This document shows, in pieces, positions 25,004-37,355 of a DNA stretch of 64,000 nt (positions are counted from its first letter, which is position 1; the number at the start of each line of letters is the position of its first letter). The translations under genes and the position numbers were made by a program. Source of the DNA: Eledone cirrhosa (Eukaryota); NCBI GenBank assembly GCA_964016885.1, contig OZ024740.1, positions 374,170,001 through 374,234,000 of the forward strand, in the 5' to 3' direction. The notes beneath the pieces were generated by a model. The model saw only the letters and a program-made list of their open reading frames with translations, was not told the origin of the DNA and did not search any database.

Positions 25004-25979
25004 GTTTTCTTTTTGTTGTTTTTTTTTTTAATTATTATTATCATGAGTGGTTCCTTAATGTGAGCATTGCGTGGCTTAAGAATGAAATTATTAATAATTG
25101 TCTCCACTGGAGGCACAAGGCCAGCATTCACCCAGTGCATTACAATAATATAATATACTTTTTGTTGTAGTTGGCTGTTATTGTTGTTGGCTATGTCGGT
25201 GGTGGTGCTGGGACATTTTATATTGTTGGTGAGGAAGGGGTGAGCCAGCAGTCCCATATTTGTTGATATTGTCGTTTGGCCTTGGCCAGGTCACTAAGTC
25301 AATCTATTTATATATTTTGCTAGCCTCTCCCTTGTCTAGTGATACCGCCACCTTCCCCTTTCTCTCTCAAGTTAAAAGGGGAATAGTGGTGGTAGCATTG
25401 AAGGAGTGGTGGCGGCGGGGAGATGTGGGAGACAGTAGCGGCGGTATCGATACTGAGACAGTGGTGGTGGTGATGTCGATACCGAGGCAGTGGTGGTGGT
25501 GACGTGATCGTATTACTGTGGTGATGGTGTTGTAGCGGTGGTAGCAATGAAGGAGTGGTGGCGGCGGTGATGGGATAGTGGTGGTAATGATGGCAGTAGT
25601 GAGTGGTGGTGGTGAAATTGCCGTTATCTGGCTGTTGTGTTTAGTGTACACAGAGAGGTGATGTGGTAGGTGTTGTATCTAGTTTCTGGTGTTGTTTGGC
25701 TGTTCTATATAGAGTAGACAGAGGGGGGGGGGGGTTCTTCTTCCATTTATGGCCATTTTCTTTTTTGAATATACAATGTACAATACAAAGTTGAATATTT
25801 GAATATTTGAGCCTTATAACGATATATTTGGGGTCCGAATTTTATGGGGCTCAAGCCGGATGCTTTACGTAGCATTTGTACTAAGAGTTGTTATTTAACA
25901 AATGATTTAAATATGTTAAAACTTCAAAACTTACGGGAGCGATTTCATGCCTTTCCGTCACCTCGTGCGTCTTATTCCC
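25004..25979. repeat. ~1 kb non-coding spacer unit, copy 1 (SINE fragment + GGT-rich tract + conserved ~300 bp block ending CGTGCGTCTTATTCCC)
   Basis: Homologous to 29635-30660 and 41330-41915; always directly followed by (TTA)n. Confidence 0.8.

Positions 25980-26062
<83 letters not shown>
25980..26062 (+). repeat. (TTA)n microsatellite
   Basis: Seen directly. Confidence 0.97.
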
Positions 26063-29000
26063 GGCGACCTACGTAGTAAATCGTATCATCGTGAGCTCCG
26101 CATAGGGTTGTTATTTCCGTTTGTTAAAAATTGTCATTTATGGAAAATGTTATTGTTAACTGTTTATAAGCGCACATACATTGTTTTCCGAAAAGGACAC
26201 CCAAAAAGATTGGGGCCTTGTGCCCAAAATTTAAACTTTTATTATTATCAAAAAATTTCTTTGAAAAAAATGGCTAATTCACCTCTGCAACAAGCAGCTG
26301 AAAGCCTTCCTCACAAATTAACAGCTCACACCGACACCACCATTGTAAATGCTACTACGTTTGCCAACACAAAAACAAATATAAGCAGTAGCAATATTTT
26401 AAATTTTTCTCAGGCAGACATTCATTTCCCGCCATTACCAATGACTGCAGGTGTTAAAGCCTCCACCACCACGAGCACCGCGACAACCACCACCACCACC
26501 ACCACCGCGACAACAGAAACAAAAGAAGGAAAAAATGAATTAACTCGTGATGTCGAAATGAAATCAAGCAAAATGGACTCTTCCGCACCAACGACGACTG
26601 ACGTCACCACCACCACAACTGAAACTAAAATTAATATTAACACAAATAACGATAGCAACAACAACAACAATGACATTATAAAACCGACCCACAGTTTCGC
26701 CATAGTAACAAAACAGTTCGAAGCATTCACGGTAACTCAAGAGGATTTAGAAAATGCCAAACAAATGGTAAAGAAAGATGGGTACAGGGTCAGCCTCACC
26801 CCACCCCACACCTAATAAAATGGAGCCTCGGCGCCTATGCACCGTGTCGTATAGAACAATAAATGCAAAATCGCGCCGAGTGGAACGGGCATCCGAGTCC
26901 CAAATCCAAAAAGCTTTGGGACATGTGTGGGCAAGAAAAACCCACATCAGACGTGGGCAAAAGTATGGAACCGTGTATGTGTTCTTTGAAACACCAGAGG
27001 AGGCTAGAGAACACTCCATGGCCCCATTAAAAAGTGACGACTTCACACTCGTCCCAAGCTATTGTGGCCAGAGACTCGTAAAGATCAGGGTGACCCACGT
27101 TCCACCGGCCATCGAAATTCCCTGGCTAATAGCGGCTGTCCTCGTCGGCATCGAAGCCAACACGAAAATAATAGCAATAGCAAAAGAAAAGCATGAAAAC
27201 TGGTCCGGATCTGGGATGGAGCTCCTGATCCAAGCGGACCAAAAATGCATTGAGGAGATCCCAGAGGTAATAGACCTCACTGACGGCAGCCACCTCACGG
27301 TAATTGTCGAGGGCAGAAGACATAGGTGTGTCGTTTGTGGTGAAGGAACCCACCTAAGGGCTTTCTGCCCTCAGGCTAAAAGGTTGAGGCCACCTCTCCT
27401 ACCCACCCCAGTGACACAACCATCAACACCACCAGTAGCAGAGATGGCAGCAACAACTGTAGCAGCAACAACAGAAGCAACTATAACAGCAACAACCCCA
27501 GCAACAGTAGCAAAACCAACACCACTACCACCACCAGCAAAACCAACACCACCACCACCCAACGCTTCAGAACTAGCACCAGCGCCTACGCCATCCACCA
27601 CACCACAACCAAAACTAACGGCTGTGGAGGATTTTCCACTCCCCGGCCTATCACAACTGGAGACAGATTGTGACGACGAGGAGTGGGAAACGATATCCGA
27701 AAAAAAAAAAGAAACCAAAAAAGAAAAAATTCTCTTCCTTCCCCCTCCAAAAACAAAATACAGAGGGAAACAAAAAACTAAGAAACAAAAAAGTTAGGAC
27801 AGATATGCCACCATCCACACCAGCATCACCAACCCCATCAACCCAAACACCAACACCATCACCATCATTAACTCCAACACCACCATCACCTACACCACAA
27901 AAGTCACCAAAATGCGAAACAGAAACAAACCCACAACAAACGCAAACAAAACAAAACAACCAAAACGATACACACTACACAGCATTAAATTTGAACAACA
28001 AGCAATTATTACACTACATCCAACACAACACCAGCATCACAGAAAAAGACTACACAACAACCCCAAAATTCACACCACCTCCACACATACAAATCACTCG
28101 CATCACACAGAAAACGTACATGACACTAAAACAAAAATTCCCCAAAGACATCGGAGACTTCCGACAAGCACTCTCCAGGAGGATTTATAAGGACATCCTT
28201 CCTGAGGAGGCCACAAGCAGTGAAAAGGATGGAAAAACCGTCCTTCCCCTACGAGAAGTAAGGTAAGTGGTCTTTCCCATCTTTTCCACTCCTTTTCAAC
28301 ATGACCTCACTCAGAATAGGCAGCATAAATGCGCGTGGCTTGGGGTCGTCATGGATGCAGGGCCACCTGCTCAACGACCTCAGGTCACTAAACATAGATG
28401 TAGTGGCCATCAGCGAGACCAGAATCTCAGAAGCACAGGCTTTCTCACCGATCTTCGGCGGCTACGATGTGTAAGCATCTCCCAGCCGTCCGGGATCGGG
28501 GGGAGGAGTTGCTGTGCTTTTTCGGAGAGGTTTGGATCTTGCCATACGGGCCATCTTCCTGGACCCAGAAGGTAAGTTGGTGGTGCTGGACGTGACCAGC
28601 GGAGACGGGCAAGCTTTCAGGTTAGTGGCTTCCTATGCCCCGACAGGAGCAGGGCGGCCTGATTTCTTCCGGCGTCTGGAGACCTTTCTTGGAACGTCCC
28701 GCTCTTTAGTGTTAGTGGGCGACTGGAACGGGATCTTAGATGCACGCTGGGATTGTGTGGGATTAGTGGATAGGGAAGGAGGGTGCAAGAGTCTCACCAA
28801 CCTGCTCAGACATTTTGAACTGTCTGACAGGTACCGAATGGATTTCCCGAATGTACCAATGTGGACTTGGACAAATCGCATAGGGTCATCCAGATCATAT
28901 CTAGATAGAGTATTTTGTAGGGAAATAGATAGGTCTAGCATAGGCTGTCCACAATTCAAGATAGTCAGCTACACGGACCACAAATTCGTGATCTGTGTGC

Positions 29001-29637
29001 TTGACTTAGATAGACTTCATAGACGACCACCCGGCTACTGGAAGCTAAACGCGTCCTTACCAGCGCGAAGGCCTACAGAGACCGGATTAGCGAACTAGTT
29101 AAGCGGCCGTTGACGGGGGCCATCGTCAACAACAAGTGGTGGTTGGCTCTGAAAAAGAGCAATTAGAATAGAGTCCATTAGGTTTAGTAAGACTTTAGCA
29201 ATAGAGAAAAATAGAGCAGAGGGAGAATTAGTTAGAAAATTAGACGAGGCGCTTAGCAAAGGCATCGCGACCGACGTACTTGCGGCGAAATTGGCCGTTG
29301 ACCAATTCTTCAATGCAAAGCACGAAGGCTGCGTTGTCAGTGCTAGGGTGCGTGCTCTCAGACACGAGGGGACGAAAGCCGTTCAATGGGCCCGAGTGGC
29401 GGAGGCGCATCGTGGCAACAAAGCCACGATCCGGTCTTTGGTGACCACGACGGGCGCATGCTACTCGATCCCGGGCAAATGTGTGAAGCTTTTCAGCGAC
29501 ACTTCGCTCAACTGTTCGGGGGCAGTGGCGGGCCGGATCGAGGGATGGACTTTAGTGTCTACCTCGACGGACTGCTGCCGCTATCAGGCACTGAGGCGGA
29601 GTGTTGCGAAAAGCCGATAACAACCGCTGAAGTACGG
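26063..29637 (+). mobile_element. Tx1 type B, second copy, degenerate and 3'-truncated
   Basis: Same 5' end (GGCGACCTACGTAG) as 6022; ORF1 fragments to 28266; ORF2 from 28301 with stop/frameshifts, broken off after KPITTAEVR. Confidence 0.9.
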
Positions 29638-30660
29638 TATTTCTTGGACACGGGGTTTTCTTTTTTGTTGTTTTTTTTAAATTGTTATTATCATGGGTGG
29701 TTCCTTAATGTGAGCATTGCGTGGCTTAAGAATGAAATTATTAATAATTGTCTCCACTCCAGGCACAAGGCCAGCAATTACAATAATATAATATACTTTT
29801 TGCTGAAGTTGCCTCTTATTGTTGTTGACCATGTCGGTGGTGGTGCTGGGGCTTTTTATATTGTTGTTGGAGAAGGGGGAGTCAGCAGTGCAATAGTTGA
29901 TGACGTTTGGCCGGTGGCCGGGTCACTAAGTCAATCTATTTATATCTTTTGCTAGCCTCTCCCTTGTCTAGTGATACCACCACATTCCCCTTTCTTAAGT
30001 TAACAGAAGGTAATGGGGAATAGTGGTGGTAGCAATGAAGGAGTGGTAGCGGCGGTGATGGGATAGTGGTAGCAATGATGGATGGAGTGGGGACGGCGGT
30101 GGCGTTGTCGTTACTGGGTTTTGTTGAATATACTGTTGTTTTCTTTGATCTGTAGTATCTATGCGTTTGTGTCGCGTATGTTTAATATATGTGTTGACAT
30201 ATTCTCTTAATATTGCATTTAAACATTTTGTTAAAACTTGAGACAATAATAATAGTAATAGTAATTATTATTATGATGCTGCGATTGGTGGTGGTGAAAT
30301 TGCCGTTATCTGGCTGTTGTATTTAGTGTAGACAGCGGGGTGATGGGGTAGGTGGTGTATCTAGTTTTTGATGTTGGTGAAATTGCTGTTATTTGGCTGT
30401 TCTATATAGTGTAGACAGAGGGGGTTTTCTTCCATTTATAACCATTTTCTTTTTTGAATATAAAATGTATAATACAAAATTGAATATTTGAGCGATATGA
30501 CAATATATTATGGATCCGAATTTTTATGAGACTTGATTCGGTGCTTTATGCATCATTTGTACTAAGCACTGTTATTTCACAATTGATTTAAATATTTTAA
30601 AAATCAAAAAGTTACGGGAGCGATTTCATGAAATTCTACCACCACGTGCGTCTTATTCCC
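29635..30660. repeat. Spacer unit, copy 2 (begins with ~20 bp matching the Dong-A 5' end)
   Basis: cggtatttcttggacacgggg matches 24984-25004; same terminal block CGTGCGTCTTATTCCC. Confidence 0.8.
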
Positions 30661-30669
30661 TTCTTTTTA

Positions 30670-30713
<44 letters not shown>
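30661..30713 (+). repeat. (TTA)n microsatellite
   Basis: Seen directly. Confidence 0.93.
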
Positions 30714-30926
30714 GAATGCCATGGTTGACGGAGGCTCGGCTCTGTAAGGTATAGTAATTTTTAACCGTTAAAACAATTGTAAATTGTTTAAAACTTGAAC
30801 CAAATTGTTGATAAAGACACCCTCCTCCTCGTGAGAGGGGTCTTTTTGTCCGTTATTTGGCCCTTCGGGGTTAAATAACCAGTTATTGGGGTTTTGTACC
30901 CAAAATTTCATTTTAAACAAAAAAAC

Positions 30927-33020
30927 ATGGCTACGAAAAAGAAATTTCATACGTCACTCCCACTCATTCCGTCTTCTTCTTCCTCAATCATCACTACAGC
31001 AGAGAGAAGATTGTCTCTCTCCCTCCCTTCTTTAAATGTGTCTCTCTCCCTCCCTTCTCTTTCGCAAGTGACGAAAGAAAAGAAAAGTCTCGTGCAAAGC
31101 GTGCAAGGTTTCTCCACGACGACGACGACAGCGACGAAACAGGTGTGCGGGAAATACGAAAACCCAGTTCATTCGTCTGACGTCAGGAATAATAGCAGTA
31201 GCAGCCGTAATAACAACAGCAACAGTGACAATGAAAACAACAGTAGCAGCCGCAACAGCATCACCAGCAGCATAAACAACAACAGCATTAGCAGCAGCAA
31301 CACCAACAACAACCACAGCAACAGCGGCGGAGGCAGTAGTCGTAGTACCTGCAGCAACAAAAGTACCAGCAGCTCTGACGACAACAACAACAGCAGAGAA
31401 AAACCAATCTCATTTGCAGGTATTGCGAAAAACTTGGAAACAATCCTCATAACAAATGAGGAATTAGAGGAAGCGAAGAAGATGGTGACAAAGAAGGGAC
31501 ACCGAGCAATCTGCAAGGCAGCGAAAAATTTTTTCGAAACCCAAGAGCACTGTACGGTCACGTACCGTACAGTAAGTACAAAATCCCGTAGGGTGGAAAG
31601 AGCCACAGAGGCCCAAATACAAAAAGCCTTAGGGTCTGTGTGGCAGCGGAAAACGCACATCACCCGAGGCAAAAAATATGCCACCGTAGACGTACTTTTT
31701 GCCACACCCCAGGAGGCAAAGGCCCAATCAGTAGTGACCCTAAGGAGCGAGGAAATGGTGTTGGTGCCCTCCTACTGTGGGCAAAAAATTGTGAGGGTCA
31801 AACTGACCCACGTCCCCCCCGGAATGACCCCTTCTTGGCTGGCCGCGTCTGTCCTCGTCGGAATCGAGGACAAAACAACTGTACTGCAAGTACAGAAAAA
31901 AGTAAGAGAAGATTGGGTCGGCTCCTCCATTGAGATGCTAATCCAAACCAACCAGGAGTGCATCGAAGCTATCCCGGATGTGATAGACTTCGATAACGGC
32001 ACTCAACTGCCCATAAGTGTTGAGGGCAAACGCCCGAAATGCTTTCGCTGTGGATCGAAGACTCACCTCAGGGCCTTCTGCAACGAGAAGACCCTGAGAA
32101 AGGAGAAAACCCCCCTCCTTCCGAATCCGGCTCCACGGCTACCAGCAACAGGACAAGGGGCAACCAGGAACGATAGGCCCGTGGCACCCATACCCACTCC
32201 ACGGAAATCAAAAACAGCAGCAGCAGTGGAAATACTAACAACAACAACAGCAATACCAAATGCAGCTGCAACAGAGACTCCAGTGCAAACATCACCAACA
32301 ACAACAAGTGAAAGAGTGGAGTTGGTACCCCTCCCCGACCTCACAGAATCAGACATGGAGTGTGAGGTGGGAGAGAGATGGCAAAAGGTCGTAAGAAGGC
32401 ACAAACGCAGAAGCAGCGCATCGTCGCCTTTGAAAAGGGAGGAAAGAAATGAGAAAAGGGTAAAGTCTACTGCAAAGAGACCCACAGCAGCAACAACACC
32501 AACACCATCACCACCCACACTAGCGCCACCATCACCACCGGCGACAACCCCACCGCCAACAACACCTTCAACACCACCACCACAAGCACCAACATCGCAA
32601 ACACAACAACAAAACACACACACCCAGCAACAACGACAAGAAAATAGCAGAACCACACCCCACCCCCAGAAAAACAAATGCACGGCAATAAACACACACA
32701 ACAAGAAACTAATGACTTACATAATTGAACACACAGACATTTCACAACAGGACTACATAATACCAGCACCAATCAAAACGCCAACTAACATAAGACTGCT
32801 AAAAATAGCACAGAAACAATACACAAACATTAAAACGAAATTCCCCAACGCAGTTGGTGATTTCAGGGACCTAGGAGGAACCATTAATCGAAGAGTATAT
32901 TCAGACATTCTCTTAGAAGAGCCGACGACCAGCCGAAGGGACGATTCAACGGTCCCTTCACCAGACGATCAAGTGAAAAGGGATGTAAAAACCATCCCTC
33001 CTCTACCAAAAGTACGGTAA
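30927..33020 (+). CDS. Tx1-type ORF1 (type A)
   Basis: Near-identical to 164..2260; CCHC knuckle. Confidence 0.88.
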   Translation: MATKKKFHTSLPLIPSSSSSIITTAERRLSLSLPSLNVSLSLPSLSQVTKEKKSLVQSVQGFSTTTTTATKQVCGKYENPVHSSDVRNNSSSSRNNNSNSDNENNSSSRNSITSSINNNSISSSNTNNNHSNSGGGSSRSTCSNKSTSSSDDNNNSREKPISFAGIAKNLETILITNEELEEAKKMVTKKGHRAICKAAKNFFETQEHCTVTYRTVSTKSRRVERATEAQIQKALGSVWQRKTHITRGKKYATVDVLFATPQEAKAQSVVTLRSEEMVLVPSYCGQKIVRVKLTHVPPGMTPSWLAASVLVGIEDKTTVLQVQKKVREDWVGSSIEMLIQTNQECIEAIPDVIDFDNGTQLPISVEGKRPKCFRCGSKTHLRAFCNEKTLRKEKTPLLPNPAPRLPATGQGATRNDRPVAPIPTPRKSKTAAAVEILTTTTAIPNAAATETPVQTSPTTTSERVELVPLPDLTESDMECEVGERWQKVVRRHKRRSSASSPLKREERNEKRVKSTAKRPTAATTPTPSPPTLAPPSPPATTPPPTTPSTPPPQAPTSQTQQQNTHTQQQRQENSRTTPHPQKNKCTAINTHNKKLMTYIIEHTDISQQDYIIPAPIKTPTNIRLLKIAQKQYTNIKTKFPNAVGDFRDLGGTINRRVYSDILLEEPTTSRRDDSTVPSPDDQVKRDVKTIPPLPKVR

Positions 33021-33055
33021 GTGGTCTTTCCCATCTTTTCCACTCTATTTTAAAC

Positions 33056-36000
33056 ATGACCTCACTCAGAATAGGCAGCATAAATGCGCGTGGCTTGGGG
33101 TCGTCATGGAAGCAGGGTCACCTGCTCAACGACCTCAGGTCACTAAACATAGATGTAGTGGCCATCAGCGAGACCAGAATCTCCGAAGCACGGGCCTTCG
33201 CACCGATCTTCGGCGGCTACGATGTGTACGCATCTCCCAGCCGTCCTGGATCGGGTGGAGGAGTTGCTGTGCTTTTTCGGAGAGGTTTGGATCTCGCCAT
33301 ACGGGCCATCTTCCTAGACCCAGAGGGTAAGCTGGTGGTGCTGGACGTGACCAGCGGAGACGGGCAAGCTTTCAGGCTAGTGGCCGTCTATGCCCCGACA
33401 GGAGCAGGGCGGCCTGATTTCTTCCGGCGTCTGGAGACCTTTCTTGGAACGTCCCGCTCTTTAGTGTTAGTGGGCGACTGGAACGGGATCTTAGATGCAC
33501 GCTGGGACTGTGTGGGATTAGCGGATAGGGGTGGAGGGTGCAAGAGCCTCACCAACCTGCTCAGGCGTTTTGAACTGTCTGACAGGTACCGATTGGATTT
33601 CCCGAATGTGCCAATGTGGACTTGGACAAACCGCATAGGGTCATCCAGATCATATCTAGATAGAGTATTTTGTAGGGAAATAGATAGGTCTAGCATAGGC
33701 TGTCCACAATTCAAGATAGTCAGCTACACGGACCACAAATTCGTGATCTGTGTGCTTGACTTAGATAGGCTTCATAGACGAGGACCCGGCTACTGGAAGC
33801 TAAACGCGTCCTTACCAGCGCGCAAGGCCTACAGAGACCGGATTAGCGAACTAGTTAAGCGGGCGTTGACGGGGGCCATCGTCAACAACAAGTGGTGGTT
33901 TGCTCTGAAAAGAGCGATTAGAATAGAATCGATTAGGTTTAGTAAGGCTTTAGCAATAGAGAAAAATAGAGCAGAGGGAGAACTTGTTAGAAAATTAGAC
34001 GAGGCGCTTAGCAAAGGCATTGCGACCGACGTGCTTGCGGCGAAATTGGCCCTTGACCAATTCTTCAATGCAAAGCACGAAGGCTGCGTTGTCAGAGCTA
34101 GGGTGCGTGCTCTCAGACACGAGGGGACGAAAGCCGTTCAATGGGCCCGAGTGGCGGAGGCGCGTCGTGGCAACAAAGCCACGATCCGGTCTTTGGTGGA
34201 CCACGACGGGCGCATGCTACTCGATCCCGGGCAAATGTGTGAAGCTTTTCAGCGACACTTCGCTCAGCTGTTCGGGGGCAGCGGTGGGCCGGGTAGAGGG
34301 ATGGACTTTAGTGTCTACCTCGACGGACTGCCGCGGCTCTCGGCCACTGAGGCGAGGTGTTGCGAAAAGCCGATAACAGCCGCTGAAGTAAGGGAGGCAA
34401 TGACTGGCTGCACAAGGGGTAAATCGCCTGGTTTGGATGGTCTGCCCTATGAACTTTACGTACAGATGCCAGACTTGTTCGGAGGCCTCTTGGCGGACGT
34501 CTACTGCAACTGGCAACAGAACGGGAGAATTCCCAGTTCTGTGAGCCGAGGAGCGGTGGCACTGCTGAGAAAGGATCCGAACAAGGGGGATAACATAGAC
34601 AATTTCCGGCCCATAACTCTGCTAAACACAGAGTTTAAGATTTTGGCCAAGGTGCTAGCAAAGAGGTTGGCGCTTGTCGTTGGTGGTCTGGTGGGAGAGG
34701 CGCAGACATGCGCCATTCCCGACAGATCCATCCACGACAACCTCCACCTCATGCGATACATCGTAGAGAGGGTAGCTAGGGAACCTGGCACGGGTGGGTC
34801 CTTGATCAATTTAGATCAGTCGAAAGCTTTCGATAGGGTCGACCATCGTTACCTAGCGGCAGTCCTGAGGGCGGCTGGCTTTGGGCCCGTCTTCAGAGGC
34901 TGGATCGCTGCCATGCACAGCGACATCTGCTCTGTGGTGAGAGTGAACGGTCACCTGTCGGAACCGTTCAACATCATGCGCTCGGTCCGCCAAGGATGTC
35001 CCCTCTCGTCCCTCTTGTACGTATTGACTCTCGAGCCATTACTGCACAAACTGGAGACGTTGAGGGGAGTCCCGCGCGAACTAGGATGCGGAAGATCCGT
35101 GTCAGCATATGCCGACGATGTCACCGTAGTGGTGTCGAACGCCAAACACATCGAGGCGATCGGCACTACACTAAGAGAATACGAAGCGGTGACAGGAGCA
35201 ATGATCAACCAGGAAAAGTCAGTGGGCCTGCAGCTCGGCACCTGGAGAGGCAGGTCCATGCCGTCCAACAGCGTCGTCGGGCGCTGGACGGACGGACCGG
35301 TTAAATTGCTAGGGGTCTGGTTCGGTCCGGACCTCCAGACGGACAAAAACTGGGACGAGGTGACGAGCAGGGTGGCTTCTCTCACCCAGAAATGGGCGGA
35401 GAGGAAGCTATCCCTGAAAGGTCGAGCGGAGGTGGCTAACGCGTACATCGCGTCTGTCATCTGCTACCGCCTAACCGTCGTACCTTGTCCTAAGCCTCGC
35501 CTGACTGCGCTGGAGCGTTTGCTCTTTCGCTTTTTGTGGAAGGGACGTGCTCCGATGGTCAGGCGGTCCATCTGTTGTCAACACCCGCTACGTGGAGGGC
35601 TGGGCATGCCGTGGCTGATGATGCGCAGGCACGCGCTCAGGCTACGACATCTCCACCTCTTCCTCGACGGTGATCAGGTGTGGTCGCCGTTTGCTAGACG
35701 CGTTTTTCCCCAGCTCGTTTCCTTGACGGAGCTGCAGTCCTGGGTCAAGCGAAGACCGAGAGGGAGCGCCTGGAGACTGGAATGTCTTCAGGCGCTCACA
35801 GCCCTCGACCAATCGGGCAATGTGATCGGTGGAAACTCCACCTCGGCGTTCTATAGAGGATTAGTGGAGGGGAAGAGCGACGACGTACTTGGGGAAACTC
35901 TAGGCGTCGACGAAAATCAACTAGCCAATCTCTTCGGAAGAACTTTCGGGCCGGGGCCTATGGACAACTTCCAGAAATCTCTGGCCTGGCAGTGCTACCG

Positions 36001-36475
36001 AGGAGCCTTGCCAGTTCGGGATAAACTCTACAGGCATGGAGGTGCCGTCAGCCGGGCATGTCCGAGATGCGCGCAGGGCGACGAAACCGTCCTGCACGCA
36101 CTCGTCCAGTGTCCGAAAATTGCTGACTTGTGGGTTTATGTCGAACACCTGCTGTCGCGTTTAGGACGGATCCAGCTATCATCTGAGTCTATCGTGAGGA
36201 TTGCCCCGCCCTCCTCCTTTAGCCGGGAAGGGCAGGCAGTTTTTATCTGTCTGGTGGCCATGGCGAAAGAGATAGTATGGTGGACACGTTTGAAAGGGCT
36301 GAAGACGAGCACTTACCTCTTCGGTGATGCTCTGATTGACTTTTTCAAATTTCATTTGAAAAGGAAAATCAGAGTAGAGAAGGAAGTGCTCTCTTCCCAG
36401 CATTTTGTTGAAAGATGGGTGAGAGAAGCAAGAATGGCCCGAGTGAATGGGCCGACTCTGAGTATATATCTGTAA
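33056..36475 (+). CDS. ORF2 APE + RT + zinc finger (1139 aa)
   Basis: Same motifs as 2296..5715; only two amino-acid differences noticed. Confidence 0.96.
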   Translation: MTSLRIGSINARGLGSSWKQGHLLNDLRSLNIDVVAISETRISEARAFAPIFGGYDVYASPSRPGSGGGVAVLFRRGLDLAIRAIFLDPEGKLVVLDVTSGDGQAFRLVAVYAPTGAGRPDFFRRLETFLGTSRSLVLVGDWNGILDARWDCVGLADRGGGCKSLTNLLRRFELSDRYRLDFPNVPMWTWTNRIGSSRSYLDRVFCREIDRSSIGCPQFKIVSYTDHKFVICVLDLDRLHRRGPGYWKLNASLPARKAYRDRISELVKRALTGAIVNNKWWFALKRAIRIESIRFSKALAIEKNRAEGELVRKLDEALSKGIATDVLAAKLALDQFFNAKHEGCVVRARVRALRHEGTKAVQWARVAEARRGNKATIRSLVDHDGRMLLDPGQMCEAFQRHFAQLFGGSGGPGRGMDFSVYLDGLPRLSATEARCCEKPITAAEVREAMTGCTRGKSPGLDGLPYELYVQMPDLFGGLLADVYCNWQQNGRIPSSVSRGAVALLRKDPNKGDNIDNFRPITLLNTEFKILAKVLAKRLALVVGGLVGEAQTCAIPDRSIHDNLHLMRYIVERVAREPGTGGSLINLDQSKAFDRVDHRYLAAVLRAAGFGPVFRGWIAAMHSDICSVVRVNGHLSEPFNIMRSVRQGCPLSSLLYVLTLEPLLHKLETLRGVPRELGCGRSVSAYADDVTVVVSNAKHIEAIGTTLREYEAVTGAMINQEKSVGLQLGTWRGRSMPSNSVVGRWTDGPVKLLGVWFGPDLQTDKNWDEVTSRVASLTQKWAERKLSLKGRAEVANAYIASVICYRLTVVPCPKPRLTALERLLFRFLWKGRAPMVRRSICCQHPLRGGLGMPWLMMRRHALRLRHLHLFLDGDQVWSPFARRVFPQLVSLTELQSWVKRRPRGSAWRLECLQALTALDQSGNVIGGNSTSAFYRGLVEGKSDDVLGETLGVDENQLANLFGRTFGPGPMDNFQKSLAWQCYRGALPVRDKLYRHGGAVSRACPRCAQGDETVLHALVQCPKIADLWVYVEHLLSRLGRIQLSSESIVRIAPPSSFSREGQAVFICLVAMAKEIVWWTRLKGLKTSTYLFGDALIDFFKFHLKRKIRVEKEVLSSQHFVERWVREARMARVNGPTLSIYL

Positions 36476-36736
36476 ACTAAAGGTGGAAAACTGGGAGAGG
36501 GCACTTGACTTGGTGGTCAGGGTCATTGTGGCTTTTTACTGGGCTTTCTCCACAAATGTCCCTCCGAAGTCTCCCCCCTATTGGGGAATTTTTCATTGTT
36601 ATTTTCATTGTTATTTTTGTTACATCCTCTGTTTTTGTTTTTTTTACACGCAGAAATGCCCATTTGTACCGTCCTGCATTGTCCTGCACTGTCCTTAATG
36701 TCTACTTTATGTAAACCCTTGTGGTTAATAAAGAAA

Positions 36737-36738
<2 letters not shown>

Positions 36739-36789
<51 letters not shown>

Positions 36790-36790
36790 T
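36739..36790 (+). repeat. (ATT)n shared tail-to-tail by Tx1 (+) and Dong (-)
   Basis: Seen directly. Confidence 0.95.
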
Positions 36791-37301
36791 GAGTCTCAGT
36801 CATTGATGTTAGTAAACTGGAAAGTTTGTTGAAATGAATATCAAGCCACTACCTGCAGCCTCAGATATTCAGGACGTATCAGAGGGTCCTTGCTGTTCCC
36901 AGCAAGCATGCCTTTTGAAGCGTTCCAAAAAGCGTGAAGGGGCCAATTTTCTTTAACCATTCCTGGAAACTTTTTGAGATAGTCCCTAGTGCGCCTATGA
37001 CAATCGGGATCACTTTGACTTCATGGCAGTTCCAAATCCGTTTTACCTCCCACTTTAAGTCCTGGTATCGGTTAATTTTCTCCCTCTCCTTCTCTTGCAC
37101 TCTCGTGTCGAATGGGCAGGCCACATCCACAATCAGGCACGATCTTTTTTCTTTGTCCAAAACCACCAGGTCAGGTCTATTGTGTTCCAGTTTCTCGTCC
37201 GTCTTTATCCTAAAATCCCACAGCACCTTCACCTGAAGGTTTTCTATCAACGCCTCTGGCTTATGCTCATACCATTTCTCAGAATGTGGTAAATTGTTTA
37301 C
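36791..37301 (-). mobile_element. R4/Dong-like family B, 5'-truncated 3' fragment (RLE domain)
   Basis: ORF 36879..37250 matches the C-terminus of 37439..40831; bounded by TTA repeats on both sides. Confidence 0.92.
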
Positions 37302-37314
37302 ATTATTATTATTA

Positions 37315-37355
<41 letters not shown>
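37302..37355 (+). repeat. (ATT)n microsatellite
   Basis: Seen directly. Confidence 0.93.

Larger units (their letters stand above)
30714..36738 (+). mobile_element. Tx1 type A, full-length intact copy
   Basis: Both ORFs open; flanked on both sides by (ATT)n. Confidence 0.95.

Noticed and set aside
25743-25752. CArG box CCATTTATGG in the spacer
   Set aside because: Not conserved in the other two spacer copies
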